A stretch of DNA of 42,783 nucleotides from a virus (IMGVR_UViG_3300005077_000038:1-42783), one strand, 5' to 3'; counted from the first letter of the stretch, positions 27,502-36,319 are shown. Notes: a model not told the origin generated them from the letters alone. Numbers and translations: made by a program.

Positions 27502-29955
27502 TTATAAATTATCGAGGATTGATATTTTTCTCTTTGCGATGCCTTTTTCAATCCCATAAATAATGTTGTCAACAATGTCATCATGCTTATGGCTTAAATC
27601 ACGCGAAAACTCCTCGCTTTCTTTTATCAGTTTTTTATTGAAAGAATATGTTTCGTCAACAGGTAGAAAAACACATCCAGACTGAATATAAGTCAGGACG
27701 TCCTCAAGCCTTGTCAGCTTGTCTTTTTCGACTTCCATTCCAATTACTGGAACGAATCCATCTTTTTTAATCTTTTGAATCAGACCTGTCCCGCTTGCCT
27801 TGTCTTCAATAAAAACAGACGAAACCGCGCGTCCTTTAATTCCCAGATGCCATTTATTCCAGAACTTTTTAAATTCTTTTTCAAGTTCAGGAGCCTCCCA
27901 TTTATCTCGTATTAAATCAATTAAATATAATTTTCCAACAAAAACACCCCAAAGACAGAACACGCTAAAATCATTATGTTCTTTCGTCTTCATTGCTGTA
28001 TCGCCTGTCATAAACAATTTTTCAAATACAACATCATTCAAAAAACTTATCGGGTAATATTGATACCATTCTGATTTTATAATATTTCCACCGAGTTTAA
28101 TTGGGTTTTGTTGGTATTGAGAATTAAAGACATATTGGTCTTCCATGATTTCTTTCAACCGTTGCTCTGTGTATTGAGACGGAAGGGTGCATTTTCCTTC
28201 TTTGTCTATCAGGGGGCGTGTGATAACTTTAAAATCATAAATTTCTTTTAATATTCCAGACAAATCTTCAAGATGAAGACGCTGTTGAATGTTAATTATC
28301 GGGATGTTTGAATCATTTACCCGGGACAGCAACGTTTCCTGATAATAAATCCTAACTCTGTCTCTCATGCGCTCTGATCGGACATCAGACGGCTTGTTTG
28401 CGTCGTCGCAATTATGTACTAATATAGGCTGACTTTGTTGTATAAATAGGTTACAATTATCCCTAACAGATAAACAATAGGAGGTTTTATTATGGATTTT
28501 ATTAATGAAGAGTGGAAAGATATCGTTGGATATGAAGGGCTTTACCAGGTTTCTAATCTTGGAAGGGCCAGAAGCCTTGACAGAATTATTACCGACAGCA
28601 GAACAAAAGTTAAATACAGGCTTGTTGGAAAAATTCTCAAGCAAACAGTAAACCCCACTAAACACAACATGGAGTCTTTTGTTGGCCCACAACAAAAAGG
28701 TGTTGAGGTTCGGCACATTGACGGAAATTCTTTGAATAACAATTTTTCTAATCTTTGTTATGGCACCAAAGCCGAAAACATGAAAGACTCTATTAAAATC
28801 AAAACTTTTTCTATGGGAGAGACACATCCTTGTGCAAAGGTTTCCGAAAAAGACGCTATCAATATCGCTAAAGACAGGAGAACAATTAGCGCGATCAGCA
28901 AAGAATATGGAATTACTCCTGCTGCTGTTCTTAGCATTAAACAAGGAAAAAACTGGAAGCAATCTATTAAATATATTTATTATAAGCCTAGAACAAAGAA
29001 GAGTTTTTCCGACGAAGAGTTTAAAGAGATTTGTGACCCATCCATAAAAAGAAAATATATAATGGAAAAATATAACCTCACTTTGCCGAGGCTCAAACGA
29101 ATGAGGAAGCTGAAAAAAAACGTCATTTGGAGTTAAATTTTGAGCCTCTACATATCCCCTGCTTTTTGTATAAAACTTGTGTTCTGGCGTGCATTCTATA
29201 ACGTCTCCATTCGACAATGTTAACTCTACCATCTCTGAGTTTTCGTTTTTAATGTATCGATCTATTGGTTTTAATTCTATAGTGTGTTTTTTGTGGTTAA
29301 ACGAATAAATTAAAACATCCATTTTTTTTTCTACAATGTCACCAATCCTAACAAAACCAATGTTTGTTTTAACTAGCGTTTCGTAACCAAAACAAAAAAT
29401 ACACCCGGAGAATTCTTTTGATCCGCGAATCCCGGCCCCGAACCCTGTTATAGCAGACCCAATACTTGAAAACAAAATAACCCCGCCCTCTGATGTGATG
29501 ATCTTTCTTGCAGAGAACTTATCTTTCCCTGTTGTTTCAAACAAATATTCTTTCCAAAAATCGTTTATTGGATCTTCATAGGATTCTTGTCGCGAGTAAG
29601 AATTTTTATACATCGTAGTATAAATTGGGTGCGACAATATTGATTCAAGGATCTTTGAAATCTGGGACAGAAGATCTTGAGAATATGAAGTGTAAATAAA
29701 ATTGCATCGTTTATTCTTAGCCAAATGAAACGCCATAAAATAAATGGCCAGCGTTGTTTTTGAACTTCGTGGAGGTAGATTTAAAATGAGTCGCAGAATT
29801 TCAATGTTGGTAACCTTATCAAACGCATCAAACAGCCCTTTATGCAATTCTTCTTCAATGAACGGTCGGTTCTCAACGGCCTTGAACATATATTTAAACC
29901 AAACCCGAAACCCTCGCTCTATTAGTCTTTGTCCAAGATATTCAGGGTCAATCAT
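27502..29955 (-). CDS. terL: terminase large subunit containing an intein; 489 aa after splicing
   Basis: Walker A LPPRSSKT; Walker B GCIF|CDDANKP split by the intein; IQQRLHLEDL; nuclease DTA, IEDKASG, HDDIVD. Confidence 0.95.
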   Translation of the reverse strand: MIDPEYLGQRLIERGFRVWFKYMFKAVENRPFIEEELHKGLFDAFDKVTNIEILRLILNLPPRSSKTTLAIYFMAFHLAKNKRCNFIYTSYSQDLLSQISKILESILSHPIYTTMYKNSYSRQESYEDPINDFWKEYLFETTGKDKFSARKIITSEGGVILFSSIGSAITGFGAGIRGSKEFSGCIFCFGYETLVKTNIGFVRIGDIVEKKMDVLIYSFNHKKHTIELKPIDRYIKNENSEMVELTLSNGDVIECTPEHKFYTKSRGYVEAQNLTPNDVFFQLPHSFEPRQSEVIFFHYIFSFYGWVTNLFKLFVGKTLLCSRLIINIFNRLLPVFSLFNAKNSSRSNSIFFADRANCSPVFSDIDSVFFGNLCTRMCLSHRKSFDFNRVFHVFGFGAITKIRKIVIQRISVNVPNLNTFLLWANKRLHVVFSGVYCLLENFSNKPVFNFCSAVGNNSVKASGPSKIRNLVKPFISNDIFPLFINKIHNKTSYCLSVRDNCNLFIQQSQPILVHNCDDANKPSDVRSERMRDRVRIYYQETLLSRVNDSNIPIINIQQRLHLEDLSGILKEIYDFKVITRPLIDKEGKCTLPSQYTEQRLKEIMEDQYVFNSQYQQNPIKLGGNIIKSEWYQYYPISFLNDVVFEKLFMTGDTAMKTKEHNDFSVFCLWGVFVGKLYLIDLIRDKWEAPELEKEFKKFWNKWHLGIKGRAVSSVFIEDKASGTGLIQKIKKDGFVPVIGMEVEKDKLTRLEDVLTYIQSGCVFLPVDETYSFNKKLIKESEEFSRDLSHKHDDIVDNIIYGIEKGIAKRKISILDNL
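28429..28457 (+). promoter_or_regulatory. candidate promoter for the antisense HNH gene
   Basis: CTGACT-N17-TACAAT, upstream of the AGGAGGT RBS at 28479-28485. Confidence 0.35.
28492..29136 (+). CDS. NUMOD4-HNH homing endonuclease, antisense within the TerL intein
   Basis: NUMOD4 EEWKDIVGYEGLYQVSNLGRARS; HNH VRHIDGNSLNNNFSNLCYGTKAEN; GETHPCAKV + HTH; strong RBS AGGAGGT. Confidence 0.9.
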   Translation: MDFINEEWKDIVGYEGLYQVSNLGRARSLDRIITDSRTKVKYRLVGKILKQTVNPTKHNMESFVGPQQKGVEVRHIDGNSLNNNFSNLCYGTKAENMKDSIKIKTFSMGETHPCAKVSEKDAINIAKDRRTISAISKEYGITPAAVLSIKQGKNWKQSIKYIYYKPRTKKSFSDEEFKEICDPSIKRKYIMEKYNLTLPRLKRMRKLKKNVIWS

Positions 29956-30335
29956 TGTATAGACTCGTCAATGTGTGAATCTGTTTCTTTAACATCTTCT
30001 TTGGTAATGAAAACCTTTTTTTCAATTCCAAAAGACCCAGCGTGATTTATATTTTGAATGCTTTGACCCTCAACCCTTTCTACCAAAGCCTTAAAAGCAG
30101 ATAAATCTCCATTTAATGCAGACGCGATTTGAACGAGACACATCCACTCAATGACAGGTAATGTGCATTCTTCATTTTTAATCGGATGTTCCCCTTTTTG
30201 AAGAGTATCAAAAATATCTTGTAAAATATTTTTTGTATTTCTTCTACCTTTTGGCCTTCCAGCAGGATTTCCTGATTGCCCCTTCTTCCATCGAGAGCCT
30301 TCTCCAACCTCTTTTTTAAAATTAGGATCTGGCAT
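29952..30335 (-). CDS. terS: terminase small subunit (DUF5681-type N-terminus)
   Basis: WKKGQSGNPAGRPKG motif; overlaps the TerL start; AGGAG RBS. Confidence 0.8.
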   Translation of the reverse strand: MPDPNFKKEVGEGSRWKKGQSGNPAGRPKGRRNTKNILQDIFDTLQKGEHPIKNEECTLPVIEWMCLVQIASALNGDLSAFKALVERVEGQSIQNINHAGSFGIEKKVFITKEDVKETDSHIDESIQ

Positions 30336-30359
30336 TTTTTCTCCTGATAAAAACTTGTT

Positions 30360-30400
30360 AAAAATGGGGAATAGAAAAAATCCTATTCCCCTTTGTTTTT
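30360..30400. terminator. probable bidirectional intrinsic terminator
   Basis: Stem GGGGAATAG(30366-74)/CTATTCCCC(30383-91) with T-rich tracts on both strands. Confidence 0.7.
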
Positions 30401-30405
30401 GTTAA

Positions 30406-30465
30406 TTAAGTTCCAGAACTTCTGTTTCCTTTTTTCCCGCCTTTTTTCTTTCCCCTTTTCGCCAT
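30406..30465 (-). CDS. 19-aa Lys/Gly-rich peptide MAKRGKKKGGKKGNRSSGT (not in ORF track)
   Basis: Near-perfect SD GAGGAGGTG directly upstream; followed by a terminator. Confidence 0.7.
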   Translation of the reverse strand: MAKRGKKKGGKKGNRSSGT

Positions 30466-30483
30466 CTGTGCCACCTCCTCTTT

Positions 30484-30867
30484 TTAAATAATTTCCACAT
30501 CGGTAGTTAGTTTATGTTTTTTGACAGGAATTGGTTTCCATGAAGATTCAGATATTTTAATATCAAGATTTCTGGAAAGTTCCAATCCGTCAATATAATT
30601 TTCATCTTTTTCATATCCTAATGCAAGCATAAAATCCTGTTTTTGCTTATAATTTAAAAAACACACACAAACAAAGAAGTCGGTGTCTGTGTTTTCTCGA
30701 AAACGGTCTAGTTCATTTTTTGAATTATTCTTAAATTGTTTTAATGTTTCTGAAACCTGAGCGTTTGATTTTTCTATAAAATTCCCATCAAAATCTTTTG
30801 GTTTAATAAAATATTTTGAATAATTCAATGGATTAATTTTGTTTATTTTTATTTTTATGGGCTTCAT
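30484..30867 (-). CDS. hypothetical partner of the PAPS-reductase-like protein
   Basis: Overlaps the upstream gene, GAGGAG RBS; DTDFFVCVCF...YIDGLEL. Confidence 0.7.
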   Translation of the reverse strand: MKPIKIKINKINPLNYSKYFIKPKDFDGNFIEKSNAQVSETLKQFKNNSKNELDRFRENTDTDFFVCVCFLNYKQKQDFMLALGYEKDENYIDGLELSRNLDIKISESSWKPIPVKKHKLTTDVEII

Positions 30868-31543
30868 AAATTTCTCCTCTTTTTATTTCCACATCGACTA
30901 AAGGAAAAAATTGTTTTATTTTTTCGTAATCATTTGGGAAGTTTTCTTTAATATGTTTTGAAAATCTATAATCAAATCCATCAAAAGACCTTCCAAAAAA
31001 CAAATAGTCTTTTGGGAGTTTAATTCCTGATGAAATTATTATTTCATATATTTTGTTTCTTTCATATTCAGCTATAGGGAATATTTTTTTTTGATTTTCA
31101 TTAACATCTCCATGTTTCTTAAAAAAAATTCTCCTCATTAATGAATCGGATTTATTTATTCCAACCGCAACATAAGGATTTTTTATTCCAAAAAATTTTC
31201 CCAATCCCGTTCGTATTTCATTGTAATCATATTTTAAATATTCATTATTTTCACAAAAAATGAGGTTTTTTGGACATTGAAAAACAGCATTATCTATCAT
31301 CCTAAAAACAGATTCATGGGGAATTTGTATTATTTTTTGATTAAAAAATTTTTCATAATATATTATTGCTTCTTCAACGAAAGAAAGTCCTTTAATTAAA
31401 TAACAATAATATGGATAAATTTCAATATCAGGATAAAATTTTCTTAAGTGAAGCCATGTTGCTAAAGAATCTTTCCCGCAAGAAAATGCTAATAATATTT
31501 TTTTATTTTTTTTAAGAATGTTTTTAAATTGTAAGCTATTCAT
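30833..31543 (-). CDS. PAPS-reductase-like PP-loop protein
   Basis: ILLAFSCGKDSLA PP-loop; GINKSDSLMRR; FPIAEY; DYLFFGRSFDG. Confidence 0.8.
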   Translation of the reverse strand: MNSLQFKNILKKNKKILLAFSCGKDSLATWLHLRKFYPDIEIYPYYCYLIKGLSFVEEAIIYYEKFFNQKIIQIPHESVFRMIDNAVFQCPKNLIFCENNEYLKYDYNEIRTGLGKFFGIKNPYVAVGINKSDSLMRRIFFKKHGDVNENQKKIFPIAEYERNKIYEIIISSGIKLPKDYLFFGRSFDGFDYRFSKHIKENFPNDYEKIKQFFPLVDVEIKRGEIYEAHKNKNKQN

Positions 31544-31851
31544 TACACAATCCTTTTTATAGTTAATCCCGCGGGCGAACCGTGCTTCTCAAATCTTCGG
31601 CCAGATCGGTTCTGGAACACCGCAAGAGCAATATTGATTTTCCTGTTTTCTCTCAAATTCTGATTTCCGTTTTTATCGGTTTTCCATGGAAATGTTTTCG
31701 ATTCGCCAATCCCAATGGTCTCAAAAAAATACCGATTCCGGGTCTCACCGTTCCATTGATGCGAGTTACATTTCGGGCATCGTTTAGGCTTTTTAGACCT
31801 TGGACGCCATGAGTGCCAGCATACCTGGCATAATGATGGAACAACCGGCAC
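31543..31851 (-). CDS. zinc-ribbon + putative DNA-binding protein
   Basis: CQVCWHSW...PKRCPKCNSHQW, then a basic domain; GGGGTGAGG RBS. Confidence 0.65.
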   Translation of the reverse strand: MPVVPSLCQVCWHSWRPRSKKPKRCPKCNSHQWNGETRNRYFFETIGIGESKTFPWKTDKNGNQNLRENRKINIALAVFQNRSGRRFEKHGSPAGLTIKRIV

Positions 31852-31879
31852 AACCTCACCCCCCCTTTTTCTAACTTTC

Positions 31880-32069
31880 CTTTTTTTGATTACATGTATA
31901 CATACGCGTACGTACCGTAATATCTATGTATATATGTAATCAATTTTATATATTCCTTATTATAGGTTGTTCCAGTTGTTCCAGTTGTTCCATATATATA
32001 TACCAATGGGTTACAGTGGAACAGCCGGATACAACCGGATACAACCTAATAAAAACAAGCGGAACAACC
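31880..32069. repeat. iteron-like repeats, candidate replication origin
   Basis: GTTGTTCCA x3 (31966-31992) facing TGGAACAGC, CGGATACAAC x2 and GGAACAACC, with AT-rich flanks, right after the primase-helicase stop. Confidence 0.7.
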
Positions 32070-34190
32070 TTATTCATCGTTTTTCCTCCAGACACGCTTC
32101 CTGATTCCAGACTCTCTGACCAGAAAGTTTTTCCAGCCAACCGATGAAAGACACCTTGCCAACCTCATTTGAGTTAGCTTGTCAATACGGTCAATCGGGA
32201 TCCCGAAACATTCCTTGGCAATGTCAAAAACCGTGGTTTCATGAAGTAAATAATTTTTCTCAAGGTATGACGCAAGGTAATTTTCCCACTCATCGTATTG
32301 CCGGTTTTTTTCTTGAACCTCTGCTGTTTCATCGGCTGGCATGACATGCCACTCATGGCCCTCTTTGTATAGATGAACAGCCTCAGCAAATAACTGCGCC
32401 CGGTCCTCCCGGATCCTGTCAATGTCGATTTTTGACACCTCAACGGGCCAGAACCGGCGCCCTCCGGTGTAATCCTTGAGAATGAGGTCCTCATTGGTCG
32501 TTCCAACAAAAACGCACTGCCGAGGATGATCAGCGGGGGACCTTTCGTAAGGAACACGAAACCGATCAGTTGGGTTTGAAACAACATCCTTGATGGTGTT
32601 GATTGACGCGCGGTCAAACGTATCAAGTTCGGCAATTTCTATGATGAGCTTGCCTTGTAGAGACTGATAAAAATCCTTTGAAAGAACATTATGCCCGGAG
32701 TTGGCATACCACTGCCCCCCAATGATCCGCAGGGCGGTTGACTTATAGATCCCCTGCTTGCCTTTAAGAATGAGCATATTGTCCATCTGGCAACCAGGCT
32801 CGAATATCCGCGCGACAAGGGAAATCCACCAGTTTTTCGATGCTGAAAGAACATATCCGGACTCCTGACATCCGAAATAATCAACAAAAAATCGCTCAAC
32901 ACGCGCCTGACCATCCCAAACAAGCGAGTTCATCCAGTCGCGCGGCTCGTTCCTTTCGTTTCTTGCGGCAAGGATTCGGAGGGTTTTATAAACGGTATCA
33001 TCGCCCAACCGTTTAAGTCCGAACTCTGACTGTATTTTAAGACACAGCTCAAGTGTGTCAACGTCCGTCCACTCGCGTGGTCCATGGGTCAAAATTTTCT
33101 GGTGGAACCTGTCAATCCAGACAATTTCATTAAGACCCGGCGTACCGGTGAGGACCTTGTAAATTGCCTCGGTGTTGATGATCGGTGATCCGTTGGTTGT
33201 GGTTGGAAGACCCAACTGCTCCCACATAGCATAAACAGATCCCGAAACGTTGGCCGGAGACTCCGAAACCGTAACATCAATTTTTATCGCGCGCGGCTTG
33301 GCCCACTCCTTGAAACCATCCCACCTCCAACCGCCCTCAATTGCATCCGCCGCATCCCACCCTGACGGCTGACCGGTAACATCAAGAACCTTGACTGTTG
33401 CGGATATCGGCGCAAGAATCTGAGCAATCTGATCCGCCGCGGCCCGCCCGGGGGCATCCGCATCCGGCCAGATAAGCACATTTCTGTCACGCAGAAACGC
33501 CCAGTTTGCCTTACTGACGGCCTTGGAACCATTTGGCCACGTCGTACACACATATATCCCCTGCGTTAACTCCTCAGCGGCATCAGCGGCCTTCTCACCC
33601 TCACAAATGAGGACCGGGGCCTTTGGGCGCGCGGCAAGTTTGTCAAGATTGTAAAGAGGACGGGGGGCGGGCCAACCCTTACATTGCCATCTCTGCTCAG
33701 AGGTATACGTCCAGGGCAGAAACTGCTTGCCGTCTGGAGTATCGTATCTGGCAACATAAAAGCAAGGCTGACCCGCCTCATCCCGATAAACCCATGTTTT
33801 TACCGGTAAACCAAATTTGCTGTGCCGCATCGGCGGATGGGAGGTTGCTGGTGGAACAATGGGAGTTTTTTGTTTTGGTAATGCGGGTGGATTAGGATTT
33901 GTGTGGTTAAATCTGAACTGCTCACAGAGATCAAGATATGCCTCACCCTGCGTTTTCCCGTGGATTCGGGCATAAAGGGATATTAGATCACCGCCCTTCT
34001 CATCGGGTCCCCCGGCAAACTCACACCACACCCCCGTTTTAATGTTTACCCGGCAAGAATCGCCCCGTCCACCGCGAAGATCAGCGCAACAATACTCAGA
34101 TCCTTGAATTCTCCCCCCGGGAAGCCATAGAGTTAGGATTGAATTGATATTTGACAAAAGGTGTCGTGAAAGGCCCTCAAAATCATGCAT
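32070..34190 (-). CDS. primase (TOPRIM) - VapE/virulence-associated E-type helicase fusion
   Basis: VLICEGEKAADA and WPDADAPG TOPRIM motifs; GKQGIYKST Walker A; EIAELD; GTTN; GGRRFWPV. Confidence 0.9.
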   Translation of the reverse strand: MHDFEGLSRHLLSNINSILTLWLPGGRIQGSEYCCADLRGGRGDSCRVNIKTGVWCEFAGGPDEKGGDLISLYARIHGKTQGEAYLDLCEQFRFNHTNPNPPALPKQKTPIVPPATSHPPMRHSKFGLPVKTWVYRDEAGQPCFYVARYDTPDGKQFLPWTYTSEQRWQCKGWPAPRPLYNLDKLAARPKAPVLICEGEKAADAAEELTQGIYVCTTWPNGSKAVSKANWAFLRDRNVLIWPDADAPGRAAADQIAQILAPISATVKVLDVTGQPSGWDAADAIEGGWRWDGFKEWAKPRAIKIDVTVSESPANVSGSVYAMWEQLGLPTTTNGSPIINTEAIYKVLTGTPGLNEIVWIDRFHQKILTHGPREWTDVDTLELCLKIQSEFGLKRLGDDTVYKTLRILAARNERNEPRDWMNSLVWDGQARVERFFVDYFGCQESGYVLSASKNWWISLVARIFEPGCQMDNMLILKGKQGIYKSTALRIIGGQWYANSGHNVLSKDFYQSLQGKLIIEIAELDTFDRASINTIKDVVSNPTDRFRVPYERSPADHPRQCVFVGTTNEDLILKDYTGGRRFWPVEVSKIDIDRIREDRAQLFAEAVHLYKEGHEWHVMPADETAEVQEKNRQYDEWENYLASYLEKNYLLHETTVFDIAKECFGIPIDRIDKLTQMRLARCLSSVGWKNFLVRESGIRKRVWRKNDE

Positions 34191-34566
34191 TTTTTACTCC
34201 CTCGATGGCTTCGTCCGGTGATCGCGCAACAAATGCGATCCCGCCGTTTTCTTGTATAAAATTCATCCATTTTTCTTGATTTTTCTGAATAGGTCCCGTT
34301 TTTGTTTTTATCTCACAAGACACAAACAGAGCCACACGCTGGCCGACCATGTCCGGAGTTATCGTTTTAGGAATAAAACCGATATAGTCTCCGCTCCCTG
34401 GGAACAATCCATATTTGATGATTCGGGCGTCCTGGATTATAACATCGTTTTTTATGCGTGTTCTTTTTTTGCCTGTCCACGCCGTCCCGACATTATTGCG
34501 AAATACACGGGCGCCAGCGCGGGAAAGGGCGATCTGGATTTTTTTTCCTAGGGCTGTTTCGTTCAA
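34183..34566 (-). CDS. VRR-NUC family nuclease
   Basis: FRNNVG, GSGDYIG, CEIKT...Q..W......GGIAFVARS. Confidence 0.85.
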   Translation of the reverse strand: MNETALGKKIQIALSRAGARVFRNNVGTAWTGKKRTRIKNDVIIQDARIIKYGLFPGSGDYIGFIPKTITPDMVGQRVALFVSCEIKTKTGPIQKNQEKWMNFIQENGGIAFVARSPDEAIEGVKNA

Positions 34567-34937
34567 GACACGTCTCCCTCACGAAGGCACCGACCGACCT
34601 GCTGGATATACAGCGCTCCACATTCCCCATCATAAATTATTTCCTTACCGAAGGAGATCGCCTCTGAATGTTCATCGCAAGAACCGACCGAACTCTCCCA
34701 CCCTTGGACCATGACAACAACATCACACCGTCTTAATATCTCTAGATATCCTTCAAGCCAGACAGAATCATCGCAGATCCCGTCAAAAAACGCCGAGTTC
34801 AAGTGCGGGCAGATAACCACATATCCGGCCTTCCAGTATTTTATAGCGACCTGTTCGGCGGCGCGGATGTTCTCAAGAACGGTTTTTCCGTTTGACGGCC
34901 GGTATGGTCCGGCGATGTAGGCGAGTTTCATTATCAT
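34563..34937 (-). CDS. DUF4406/nucleoside deoxyribosyltransferase-like protein
   Basis: YIAGPY, CPHLNS, LRRCDVVVMVQGWESSVGSCDE. Confidence 0.8.
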   Translation of the reverse strand: MIMKLAYIAGPYRPSNGKTVLENIRAAEQVAIKYWKAGYVVICPHLNSAFFDGICDDSVWLEGYLEILRRCDVVVMVQGWESSVGSCDEHSEAISFGKEIIYDGECGALYIQQVGRCLREGDVS

Positions 34938-36313
34938 ACCCCCTGCAGTTTCTTTTGTTGTCGGGCATTAAATACATATTGCGCCCATAATCTTGGCCGT
35001 TTATACCCTCTTCGTTTTCCTTCTTCCACCAAATCTTCAACAGTTTGACATCGTCCCTGCGCCTGTAGCCGTTTTTTTCTCAACGTTGCTGGATCAACCT
35101 CAACCAGATCACCTTCTTTTTGATCAATTTCTCTATATTGGACAGGGAAAGAGCATCCACAGAACATGCAGGAAGGTCGTCCTGAAACCTGAGCGGCGAA
35201 ACATTCCGGGCAGACTTTAACGGATATTTTTTCTGAATCGGATTTGTTTTCGATCGGCATATCAGATGACAGTTGCCAGTTCCGTTCTTCGTCCGGCAGT
35301 CCGTGGCGTTCGCAGTTTCCGGCATGATCGAGAATGATGGCTATTTTTCCCTCAACATAACGCAGGCACCGACCGACCTGTTGGAGATACAACCCTAAGG
35401 ACCGGGTTGGTCGTAACAAAATAACCGCCTCCATTGCAGGTAAATCAAAACCCTCCCCAAATAACTCGACGTTGGAGAGAATCTTGGTTTCCCCGGACGA
35501 AAACCTCTTGATTGCCGCATCCCTGACCTCTGGCGGCGTTTCCCCGTCAACGTGTTCCGCGGGGATCCCGGCGGCGTTAAACTGGTCAACGACGTGACGG
35601 CTGTGTTTAACTGACACGCAGAAAACCACGGCCCTTGCTCCGGGGCAAAACTTAGTATAATGTTTGATCGCGTCCCCAGTGATTGTTGGACGGTCAACCA
35701 GCTCGTCCAGTTCTGATGTTATGAAGTCCCCCATTCTCGTGTGCAGACCAGATGTGTTTATGTGGGATGGAGCATATATTTTATATGGGGACAAAAACTT
35801 GTTTTCAATAAGCCATGAAACGGACGGCCCGTGAACGATTTTTTTATACCAGTTTCCGAGTCCCTTGCCGTCAAGTCTCATCGGGGTGGCTGTTAATCCG
35901 ATATGATATGCGTTTGGAAAATATCTATAAATTTTATCCCACGACGACGCGCCTATATGATGCGTTTCATCCCAAATAATAAGAGAAGGCGTCCTGTATC
36001 GGGTTAGTCTGCGGATCAGAGTTTGGACGGACGCAATTTGAATCGGAAGGCGTTTGGCTTCCATAAATCCAGACGCAATGACGCCATGTGGAACGCCAAC
36101 CATTTTGAATGATCTGATTGATTGTTTTATGAGTTCCCGACGGTGAACAAGAAACCATGCGGACATGTTCTTTTGGGAGGCAGTTTTGAGCATGTGCGCG
36201 GTTAGGATGGTTTTCCCGGATCCTGTGGGCGATGTAATAAGGATTGACCGCGCGCCCTGCAACATATATTTTCGAGCTTGATCTATAATTTTTGATTGAT
36301 AACCTCTGAGCAT
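34934..36313 (-). CDS. superfamily 2 DExH helicase with C-terminal zinc ribbon
   Basis: PTGSGKT, DETH, TATP, EGFDLP, QQVGRCLR, CPEC/CMFC. Confidence 0.93.
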   Translation of the reverse strand: MLRGYQSKIIDQARKYMLQGARSILITSPTGSGKTILTAHMLKTASQKNMSAWFLVHRRELIKQSIRSFKMVGVPHGVIASGFMEAKRLPIQIASVQTLIRRLTRYRTPSLIIWDETHHIGASSWDKIYRYFPNAYHIGLTATPMRLDGKGLGNWYKKIVHGPSVSWLIENKFLSPYKIYAPSHINTSGLHTRMGDFITSELDELVDRPTITGDAIKHYTKFCPGARAVVFCVSVKHSRHVVDQFNAAGIPAEHVDGETPPEVRDAAIKRFSSGETKILSNVELFGEGFDLPAMEAVILLRPTRSLGLYLQQVGRCLRYVEGKIAIILDHAGNCERHGLPDEERNWQLSSDMPIENKSDSEKISVKVCPECFAAQVSGRPSCMFCGCSFPVQYREIDQKEGDLVEVDPATLRKKRLQAQGRCQTVEDLVEEGKRRGYKRPRLWAQYVFNARQQKKLQGV

Positions 36314-36319
36314 ATTTTC

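Larger units (their letters stand above)
28411..29394 (-). mobile_element. intein in TerL Walker B (328 aa)
   Basis: C1 CFGYETLV; block B IECTPEHKFYT; block F SYCLSV; block G ILVHN followed by extein Cys. Confidence 0.93.

Noticed and set aside
24158-29394. Insertions as group I introns or frameshifted pseudogenes
   Set aside because: Both host reading frames stay open end to end, and both inserts have protein-splicing motifs at their boundaries.
31966-32069. Short repeats as a CRISPR array
   Set aside because: 9-10 nt units without unique spacers, and no cas genes.
32174-33781. Several alternate-frame ORFs inside the primase-helicase gene
   Set aside because: No motifs or RBS; expected in this GC-richer gene.
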